Shown here: positions 57,355-64,000 of the stretch, piece after piece
Numbering within the stretch: the first letter of the stretch is position 1
How the letters are laid out: each line of letters starts with the position of its first letter
Origin: an uncultured Acidobacteriota bacterium
Lineage (GTDB): Bacteria; Acidobacteriota; Blastocatellia; Pyrinomonadales; Pyrinomonadaceae
DNA length: 64,000 nt
Assembly (NCBI GenBank): GCA_963738935.1
Contig: CAVTYF010000001.1
Span: forward strand, 3,310,275-3,374,274
Direction: 5' to 3'
Notes under the pieces: model-generated
What the model was told of the DNA's origin: nothing
Database searches by the model: none
Seen by the model: only the letters and a program-made list of their open reading frames with translations
Program-made: the position numbers and the translations under genes

Positions 57355-58764
57355 TTGGCAGAACAATTTGACGTAACAATTATCGGTTCGGGGCCGGGCG
57401 GCTATGTCGCGGCGGTTCGTGCGGGACAGCTAGGGCTAAAAGTAGCAATTGTCGAAAAGGAAAAAGACGCTCGTTTAGGGGGCACGTGCGGTTTGCGTGG
57501 GTGTATTCCAACGAAAGCCTTGCTCAACGCGGCTCACTTGTATGAAAAAGCCGGTCATTTTGAGAACTTTGGCCTCAAGGTCACTGGTTTGAGCTACGAC
57601 TGGGCGGGCGTTCAAAAATACAAATCCGATGTCGTCGCCAAGAATTCAGCGGGTGTGACCTATCTGATGAAGAAGAACAAGGCCACGATATTTAACGGCT
57701 TTGGGAAGATCGTCGGCAGGGGCAAGGTCGAGGTCGATTTAGGCGGCGGGAAGAAGGAAACGATCGAGACCAAGAATATCATCATCGCCACCGGATCGGT
57801 TGTGCGTCCGATTCCGGGTTTCGAGACTGATGGAAAACAGGTCGTCAATTCCGATCACATCCTCGAGCTCGAAAAAGTCCCGAAATCGATGATCGTAATG
57901 GGATCAGGAGCGGTCGGTGTTGAGTTTGCGAGCGTCTATCACCGCTTCGGCTGCGACACGACGGTCGTCGAATTGATGGACCGCATTGTTCCGATCGAGG
58001 ACGCCGACGTTTCGAAAGAACTGGCAAGGAGCTTCAAAAAATCCGGTATCAAATGCGAGACGGGCATCAAGCTCGACAAGCTGACCAAGGATAAGAAAGG
58101 CGTGAAAGTTTCCGGCAAAAATGCCAAAGGCGACGATGTCACATTCGAAGCCGAAATGCTCCTCGTCGCCGTCGGCCGTATGCCGTCGATCGAAGGCATC
58201 GGGCTAGAGAACACCAAGGTTGTCGTCAATCCACGCGGGACCATCAAGGTCAACGAGTACTGCGAGACCGACGAACCGAACGTCTTCGCTATCGGCGACG
58301 TCATCGACACGGCGTGGCTCGCCCACCTCGCTTCGAAAGAAGGCATTCTCGTTGTCGAAAAGATCGCCGGCAAAAAGGTCGAGCCGATCAAACAAAACCT
58401 CGTCCCGAACTGCACCTACTGCGACCCCGAAGTAGCCAGCGTCGGCCTGACCGAAGAGAAAGCCAAAGCCGCCGGTTACGACGTAAAGGTCGGCAAATTC
58501 CCGTTCTCAGCCTCAGGCAAGGCCCGCATCCTCGGCGAGACAGACGGCTTCGTCAAGATCGTCTCCGAGAAAAAATACGACGAGGTCCTCGGCGTCCACA
58601 TCATCGGCCCGCACGCCACCGAACTCCTAGCCGAAGCCTGCGTCGCCATGGCCCTCGAATCCACCGCCGACGAACTAGGCCGCATCATCCACGCCCACCC
58701 GACCGTGTCCGAGGCCGTAATGGAAGCCGCCGAAGGTGTGCACGATCTGACGATTCATATGTAG
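57355..58764 (+). CDS. lpdA: dihydrolipoyl dehydrogenase (E3)
   Basis: FDVTIIGSGPGGYVAA (FAD-binding), the redox disulfide GGTCGLRGCIPTKALL, and the C-terminal HAHPTVSEA. The likely TTG start at 57355 follows GAGGA. The listed ORF starts at 57319. Confidence 0.9.
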   Translation: MAEQFDVTIIGSGPGGYVAAVRAGQLGLKVAIVEKEKDARLGGTCGLRGCIPTKALLNAAHLYEKAGHFENFGLKVTGLSYDWAGVQKYKSDVVAKNSAGVTYLMKKNKATIFNGFGKIVGRGKVEVDLGGGKKETIETKNIIIATGSVVRPIPGFETDGKQVVNSDHILELEKVPKSMIVMGSGAVGVEFASVYHRFGCDTTVVELMDRIVPIEDADVSKELARSFKKSGIKCETGIKLDKLTKDKKGVKVSGKNAKGDDVTFEAEMLLVAVGRMPSIEGIGLENTKVVVNPRGTIKVNEYCETDEPNVFAIGDVIDTAWLAHLASKEGILVVEKIAGKKVEPIKQNLVPNCTYCDPEVASVGLTEEKAKAAGYDVKVGKFPFSASGKARILGETDGFVKIVSEKKYDEVLGVHIIGPHATELLAEACVAMALESTADELGRIIHAHPTVSEAVMEAAEGVHDLTIHM

Positions 58765-58786
58765 ATTGTCAGAAGTCAGTAGTCAT

Positions 58787-58816
58787 TGGCCAGTCGTGAT
58801 TCGACTGGCCATTTTT
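58787..58816 (+). terminator. rho-independent terminator of lpdA
   Basis: tggccagtcg-tgatt-cgactggcca followed by ttttt. Confidence 0.7.
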
Positions 58817-58876
58817 ATGTTATATTCATCGAGACAAAAAATATTGAATAAACCTAACAGCTAGGTTATCATTCCT

Positions 58877-59119
58877 ATGCCGGAAATTTTGAGGACGCTT
58901 GGATTCCGATTCATGATTCTGCCTGGCGACCACGACCCGCCTCACGTTCATATTCGTAAAGCAGGTGGTGAGCTGATTATTAACCTTGGAATTGGCGGAG
59001 ATGAGCCATGGATTCGGGATGTTTATCGAATGACCAATCGCGATATTGAAACGGCATTTGAAATCGTAGAGACGCACAACGACAGATTTTTGAAGCGATG
59101 GAGGGAGATACAACAGTGA
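58877..59119 (+). CDS. DUF4160-domain protein
   Basis: MPEILRTLGFRFMILPGDHDPPHVHIRKAGGE matches the DUF4160 signature. Confidence 0.65.
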   Translation: MPEILRTLGFRFMILPGDHDPPHVHIRKAGGELIINLGIGGDEPWIRDVYRMTNRDIETAFEIVETHNDRFLKRWREIQQ

Positions 59120-59553
59120 GTACGCTTGTAATAGAAAAACCTAGCGCAAAGAAAGTGAAGCTTGCCCAGCAGATACGTGCTGCACGCAAACGTGGGGAAG
59201 AGTCTCTTAAATACGACCCACGCGCCATTTCTCCGCGATTCGAAAACGGTCGTGTAACCGTGGAACTGATGAATGGCTGGAGTTTCTCGTTCAACCCGCG
59301 TCTTTATCGCGGACTAAAAAACGCAACTGACGCGGAACTCGCCGAGGTAAAACCCTTAGGATTTGGCTTCGCTCTCGAATGGGAATCGATCGACCAACAT
59401 CTAGGGGTTGGGCCTCTCGTTCTCGATCTCATCGGAGATAGATATCTACTGTCCGCAATGAGTCGTCGAAATGGCTCCGCGACAAATGAACGAAAAAAGG
59501 CCGCATCGCAAACGAATGGCAAACTTGGGGGGCGGCCTAAGAAAGTCGCGTGA
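59098..59553 (+). CDS. DUF2442-like protein with a basic C-terminal tail
   Basis: It overlaps the DUF4160 gene by 22 nt. NGRVTVELMNGWSFSFNP...GFGFALEWESIDQHLGV fits the DUF2442 pattern. The tail reads KKAASQTNGKLGGRPKK. Confidence 0.55.
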   Translation: MEGDTTVSTLVIEKPSAKKVKLAQQIRAARKRGEESLKYDPRAISPRFENGRVTVELMNGWSFSFNPRLYRGLKNATDAELAEVKPLGFGFALEWESIDQHLGVGPLVLDLIGDRYLLSAMSRRNGSATNERKKAASQTNGKLGGRPKKVA

Positions 59554-59624
59554 CGAATAGTTCCGCGTCGCCTCGAGCTTTCACCGATGCTACAGATACC
59601 TTCCATTCTGCATCTAAGAAGAAT

Positions 59625-60755
59625 ATGTTGAAAAAGCTTTTCTTGACGATGCTATCCGTTTTAACGCTTAATGCTTGGAGCGTAGCTCAAGAAAACTCTC
59701 TTTTTCCAATACACAAGAACGGAAAAGCTGGTTATATCGACGGCAACGGAAAGGTTGTCATACCTCTGAGATTTGACGAGGCTAGAAACTTTTCGGAAGG
59801 ACTAGCTCCAGTAAGGGTCAGCGATGACTGGGGTTACATTGACCAAACGGGAAAACTCGTAATTAAACCTCAATTCTTCAAGGCAGACTCCTTTAGTGAT
59901 GGAGTTGCTTCAGTTGGCGTTTGGTTTCCACGAAAACAAGTTATCGATAGCCAGGTAGGCTTCTACAGCTATATTGATAAAACTGGAAAACTGATAACCA
60001 AGAAGCAGTTCGGTGTTGCCTTTGACTTTTCGGAAGGTGTTGCCCAAGTCCTTACGGATGATTACAAACACGGAATTATTAATAGGTTTGGCGAAATTCT
60101 ATTCTTCTTTGACATCTATAATTCCGGCTTCAGCAACGGCCTTGCGATGTTCAAGACCAACGGTAATATGCCGGACACGCGAATTGGGTACATCGACAAA
60201 ACAGGGAAAACTGTAATCGAAGCGACGTTTCGCGATGGCAAGGACTTTTCCGAAGGACTCGCGTGCGTCGACTCCGATAAAGGAGCGGGATTTATTGATC
60301 TGAACGGAATTACTGCGGTAGATTTTCAGTACGACGCCTGTGGAAGTTTCTCGGACGGTCTTGCCTCAATTTTGGTAGATGGACTAGTGGGTTTTATTAA
60401 TAAATCCGGCAAGGTTGTCATCCAACCACGGTTCAACTGGGTTCCAGGGGACGAAACGCGTTTCTCGGATGGAGTTGCGGTTGTCCAGGTCGGAGAATCA
60501 GAGAAACCAACCAAAGACGGTATACGAGATGTCAGAATTGATGCGGAACGAAACATGAATGCGACGAAGAGCGGGTTGTTCGGCGTGATCAACAAGTCTG
60601 GAAAATTTATCGTTCCCCCGAAATACGTACAACTGGGCGACTTCCAAAACGGGCTTGCTTGGGTAAATCTGAGTGACTCTTACATAATCCACGGTGATAC
60701 CGATCGCTGGGGATATATAAACAAGCAAGGGAAGGTTGTTTGGAAGTCATTCTAG
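59625..60755 (+). CDS. WG-repeat (KWG-like) protein, secreted
   Basis: Signal peptide MLKKLFLTMLSVLTLNAWSVAQ, then repeated ...GYIDxxGKxVIxPxFDxAxxFSEGLAxV... units. Confidence 0.7.
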   Translation: MLKKLFLTMLSVLTLNAWSVAQENSLFPIHKNGKAGYIDGNGKVVIPLRFDEARNFSEGLAPVRVSDDWGYIDQTGKLVIKPQFFKADSFSDGVASVGVWFPRKQVIDSQVGFYSYIDKTGKLITKKQFGVAFDFSEGVAQVLTDDYKHGIINRFGEILFFFDIYNSGFSNGLAMFKTNGNMPDTRIGYIDKTGKTVIEATFRDGKDFSEGLACVDSDKGAGFIDLNGITAVDFQYDACGSFSDGLASILVDGLVGFINKSGKVVIQPRFNWVPGDETRFSDGVAVVQVGESEKPTKDGIRDVRIDAERNMNATKSGLFGVINKSGKFIVPPKYVQLGDFQNGLAWVNLSDSYIIHGDTDRWGYINKQGKVVWKSF

Positions 60756-60771
60756 ACTCTTTTACTAGCTC

Positions 60772-60838
60772 GGAATCGACGTCCTCGCCTCTGTCCATTT
60801 CCCTCTCGTAAAATCAGGAAACTTGATCGGCATTGAGC
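60772..60838. repeat. decayed 67-bp duplicate of the 3' end of the oxidoreductase gene (copy A)
   Basis: 62/67 identical to 61572..61638. All 5 differences are T here versus C there. On the minus strand it still encodes SMPIKFPDFTRGKWTEARTSIPS*. Confidence 0.8.
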
Positions 60839-60887
60839 TTCTAATTCTCTTCCCTTTTCCAAAAATCTGCGTTAGCATAAATCTTGT

Positions 60888-61151
60888 ATGCAGACTAGAG
60901 TTTCAACACAAGGAAACGTTCTCTTACCGGGAGCATTACGACGACAGCTTGGTATTAAGGCTGGTGATGAGTTGCGTGCGGATATTCAAAACGGCAACAT
61001 AGTTCTTACGCCTGAGCGAAAAGGTAAACGCAGTCGGAAGGCACGTATCGTCACAAGCCCGATAACCGGTCTTCCTGTTTTGGATGCTGGTAAAGACGCG
61101 CCGGTTTTGACGAGCGAAATGGTTCGCGATCTGCTTAGCGACTTTCCATGA
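60888..61151 (+). CDS. AbrB/MazE/SpoVT-family antitoxin
   Basis: MQTRVSTQGNVLLPGALRRQLGIKAGDELRADIQNGNIVLTP is the looped-hinge-helix pattern. ATGA overlap with the downstream PIN remnant. Confidence 0.75.
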   Translation: MQTRVSTQGNVLLPGALRRQLGIKAGDELRADIQNGNIVLTPERKGKRSRKARIVTSPITGLPVLDAGKDAPVLTSEMVRDLLSDFP

Positions 61152-61549
61152 AATATCTGCTCGACGTAAACGCGCTCATCGCCCTTGGGATCAAACAGCA
61201 GAACATAACCTTCGCGTAGAGACTTGGATCGCCGGATTTTCAGCGAAATCCAGACAGACTTGCCACTTGTTCGATCACCGAACTAGGATTCGTACGAATC
61301 GTCTCGCAGGTTCCTGCTTATTCTTTCACTCTAGAGGACGCTCGGAACGAGCTGCTACAGCTGAAGTAATCAACGATCCTGAATCTCACCTTCATTGCGG
61401 ATCAAAATGACATCTCAAAACTTCCAGCATGGGTGAAATCGCATAAACAGGCGACTGACGGCCATCTGGCGGAACTTGCTAAATCAAATGGCGCAATCCT
61501 CGCGACGCTCGATGAGAATATTTCCGGATCATTTCTAATTCCAAGATAG
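61148..61549 (+). pseudogene. decayed PIN-domain (VapC) toxin: two compensating frameshifts plus an in-frame TAA
   Basis: Frame 0 reads MKYLLDVNALIALGIKQ..., with TAG at 61217. Another frame gives AEHNLRVETWIAGFSAKSRQ. Back in frame 0: LATCSITELGFVRIVS...LQLK, TAA at 61367..61369, then ...ATDGHLAELAKSNGAILATLDENI... Confidence 0.7.
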
Positions 61550-61567
61550 TCCACTGTTGAAATATGT

Positions 61568-62950
61568 TTAAGGAATCGACGCCCTCGCCCCCGTCCATTT
61601 CCCTCTCGTAAAATCAGGAAACTTGACCGGCATCGAGCCCTTGGCAACGGAGATCTCGCTTAATGGGCCGGGGGCGGACCAGGCGGCGGCGTCGTAGACG
61701 TCCATGTCGGGGACGAGGCCCTCGCGGAAGCATTGGACCAGGCGCCAGCACATTAGGTAGTCCATGCCGCCGTGGCCGCCGAGTTTGCGGGCTTGCTCGC
61801 CGACTACGCGCCAGAGGTTGTGTTCGTATTTTTCCTTGTAGGCGTCGATGGTCGCCCACTGGTGGTTGGCCTTGTCCTTCTCGACGTAAACGCGTGACGG
61901 GTAATCGCGGAAGATACCTTTTGTTCCCTGGATCAGATTGATGCGATCGTACGGACGCGGTGTTGTGACATTGTGCTGGACCATGATCGAGCGGCCCTTG
62001 GCGGTTTTGATCAGGTTGGTGTTGTAATCGCCGGCTTTGTAAACCTCTTTTTGACGCGGATCGTTGGAGTCTAGCTTTTCCTTTCGATAATCCTGCAAAC
62101 CCAAACTTCCCGAGCTCATCGCGACCATGAAATCGAATTTGTCGCCGCGATTGATGTCCATGTAATTCGCGACCGGGCCGAGTCCGTGGGTCGGATAGAG
62201 ATTGCTGTCACGAAGAGCATGGTGAGCACGCCGCCACAAGCCCTCGTCTTTTGTCTCGAACAGAATCGCTCGCAGGTCGTGGTTATAAGCCGCCTCGCCG
62301 TGGACCAATTCTCCAAAAACGCCAGCCCGCACCATATTCAGGATCAGCAGCTCGTCGTAATCGTAGCAGCAGTTTTCCATCATCATCATGTGCTTGCGGG
62401 TGCGTTCCGAAGTGTCGACGAGCTGCCACAATTCCTTCATCGTGTACGCCGCCGGGACCTCGCAGGCTACGTGCTTTCCGGCATTCAACGCCGCGAGCGA
62501 TTGCGGCACGTGCCATTCCCACGGCGTCGCGATGTAAACGACGTCGATGTCATCGCGTTTGAGCAATTCGGTGTAACCGCGATCGCCTTTCACATACACA
62601 GCAGGTGCAGGCTGCCCGGCCTTTTCGACGATCGCTTTCGCTTTGTCAGCTTTTTCCTGCACGATGTCACAGATCGCGGTGACCTTAACGTTCGGAATAT
62701 TGACGAATTCGCTCAAGATGCTTCGGCCACGTAACCCCGTGCCGATCATCGCGACACGCACCGTATCACGCTTTTCAAACGGCACGCCGATCATCGTTTT
62801 ACCGACCGGAGCGGGCCCGGCGATGAGTTCACTCAGGACATTCTCGTCCGAAGCCGCGGCCTTTGTCTCGATCCCGAAAAGGCTCAGTCCAAAGCCAGCC
62901 AAAGCAGTATTTCGCAGCATCTCGCGGCGCGATTGTTTGTTTTCGCTCAT
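61568..62950 (-). CDS. Tat-exported Gfo/Idh/MocA-family oxidoreductase (GH109-like)
   Basis: Twin-arginine signal SRREMLRNTALAGFGLSLF. Rossmann segment VRVAMIGTGLRGRS. The size of 460 aa fits GH109-like enzymes. Confidence 0.8.
   Translation of the reverse strand: MSENKQSRREMLRNTALAGFGLSLFGIETKAAASDENVLSELIAGPAPVGKTMIGVPFEKRDTVRVAMIGTGLRGRSILSEFVNIPNVKVTAICDIVQEKADKAKAIVEKAGQPAPAVYVKGDRGYTELLKRDDIDVVYIATPWEWHVPQSLAALNAGKHVACEVPAAYTMKELWQLVDTSERTRKHMMMMENCCYDYDELLILNMVRAGVFGELVHGEAAYNHDLRAILFETKDEGLWRRAHHALRDSNLYPTHGLGPVANYMDINRGDKFDFMVAMSSGSLGLQDYRKEKLDSNDPRQKEVYKAGDYNTNLIKTAKGRSIMVQHNVTTPRPYDRINLIQGTKGIFRDYPSRVYVEKDKANHQWATIDAYKEKYEHNLWRVVGEQARKLGGHGGMDYLMCWRLVQCFREGLVPDMDVYDAAAWSAPGPLSEISVAKGSMPVKFPDFTRGKWTGARASIP
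61572..61638. repeat. 67-bp repeat copy B (functional 3' end of the oxidoreductase gene)
   Basis: See copy A at 60772..60838. On the minus strand it encodes SMPVKFPDFTRGKWTGARASIP*. Confidence 0.8.
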
Positions 62951-63043
62951 TTTTGTAGTTTCCTGGTCAAGATGACGATCTCCATAATATTACACCCACA
63001 TTTGTTTCCCCTCAAACGGGTTTGCCGTTACAATTGAGGTTTT

Positions 63044-64000
63044 ATGAATGCCACCGCCACATCCTATCCGCGTAACAAGATCAAGATCCTTTTGCTCGAG
63101 AACATTTCTGACGCAGCCGTTGCCGAGTTCGAAGCCGGGGATTATCACGAGATCACGCGGCTCGGCGGGGCTTTGAGCGAAGAACAGCTGGTCGACGCGG
63201 TCAAGGGCGTCCACCTGATCGGCATCCGCTCCAAAACTAATATTTCGCGAACCGTTATCGAGGCCGCCGACAAACTCCTTGCCATCGGGGCATTCTGCAT
63301 CGGCGTCAATCAGATCGACCTGCAGGCGGCGACGGAAAATGGCGTGGCGGTTTTCAACGCTCCTTATTCCAATACGCGTTCGGTCGCCGAGCTTGTGATC
63401 GGGCTTTGCGTGATGCTGATCCGCAAGATCGCGGATAAGAACGCGGCGGCGCATCGCGGTGAATGGCTGAAAGACGCGACAGGAAGCTACGAGCTTCGCG
63501 GCAAAACCCTCGGCATCGTCGGTTACGGCAACATCGGTTCACAGGTGTCGAACATGGCTGAGGCGATGGGAATGCATGTCGTGTATTACGACACCGCGAT
63601 CAAACTGCCGCTCGGCAATGCTAAACAAGTCCGCGATCTCAGTGAGCTGCTCAAACAGTCGCACATCGTCACGCTCCACGTTCCGTCCGATGCGACAACG
63701 CGGGGGATGATCGATGATCCTGAGTTCGCCGCGATGCCGAAAGGGAGCATTCTAATCAACTACAGCCGGGGCGACATCGTCGATCTCGATTCGCTTCGTA
63801 GAAATATCGACAGCGGCCGGCTCGCCGGAGCAGCGATCGACGTTTTTCCGGTGGAACCTGAGAAGAACGGCGATAAATTCGAAACGGTTCTCCAAAATCT
63901 GCCAAACGTCATCCTCACCCCGCACATCGGCGGTTCGACCGAGGAAGCCCAGGCTAACATCGGCCTCGACGTCACGGCAAAGTTGATAAAATATCTCGAA
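63044..64000 (+). CDS. serA: D-3-phosphoglycerate dehydrogenase, 3' end beyond the window
   Basis: Open frame from ATG 63044 (RBS GAGGT) to the window end, so it is not in the ORF track. KIKILLLENISDAAV...AIGAFCIGVNQIDL...VFNAPYSNTRSVAELVIG...LRGKTLGIVGYGNIGSQV closely parallels E. coli-type SerA. Confidence 0.9.
   Translation, partial: MNATATSYPRNKIKILLLENISDAAVAEFEAGDYHEITRLGGALSEEQLVDAVKGVHLIGIRSKTNISRTVIEAADKLLAIGAFCIGVNQIDLQAATENGVAVFNAPYSNTRSVAELVIGLCVMLIRKIADKNAAAHRGEWLKDATGSYELRGKTLGIVGYGNIGSQVSNMAEAMGMHVVYYDTAIKLPLGNAKQVRDLSELLKQSHIVTLHVPSDATTRGMIDDPEFAAMPKGSILINYSRGDIVDLDSLRRNIDSGRLAGAAIDVFPVEPEKNGDKFETVLQNLPNVILTPHIGGSTEEAQANIGLDVTAKLIKYLE

Overview
64 kb chromosomal segment from a bacterium. 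The gene content suggests Acidobacteriota: a TIGR02999-type ECF sigma factor paired with a Ser/Thr kinase, many zinc-ribbon and TPR proteins, BNR beta-propellers and CarboxypepD_reg-like domains. That assignment is inference only. Coding density is high on both strands. In order, the window holds: the tail of a type IV pilus-like cluster (1-2.4 kb); a vapBC module; a run of hydrolases (M20, MBL-fold, amidohydrolase) and a beta-propeller protein; two large GT-C-like membrane proteins; ychF; a copper/thiol-redox island of about 7 kb (16.8-23.9 kb); a tRNA(CAU) gene split by a 610-nt group I intron that carries an HNH ORF on the opposite strand (24.5-25.2 kb); a POT peptide transporter; a relB/relE-like module; an M16 peptidase pair; an S8 protease; a 1729-aa multidomain surface protein next to the ECF sigma/kinase pair; two BNR/Asp-box propeller proteins; a CadC-like regulator; lpdA; a small accessory patch (DUF4160/DUF2442, WG-repeat protein, AbrB/VapC cassette); a Tat-exported Gfo/Idh/MocA (GH109-like) oxidoreductase; and the 5' part of serA. 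No rRNA, CRISPR array, transposase or integrase was seen. At least ten genes are interrupted by single-nucleotide frameshifts or in-frame stops, so assembly indel error and real gene decay cannot be told apart here. The best-supported unusual feature is the intron-split tRNA with the antisense HNH gene. Other points worth a second look are a Cys/Met/His-rich SCPM-repeat protein beside a multicopper-oxidase/CopB-like fusion, a conserved extreme C-terminal domain shared by two large secreted proteins, a TA cassette flanked by a 67-bp duplication of a gene 3' end, an in-frame TGA followed directly by a perfect hairpin, and CACGAA-type palindromic elements. All homology statements come from motif recognition by eye; no database search was run.
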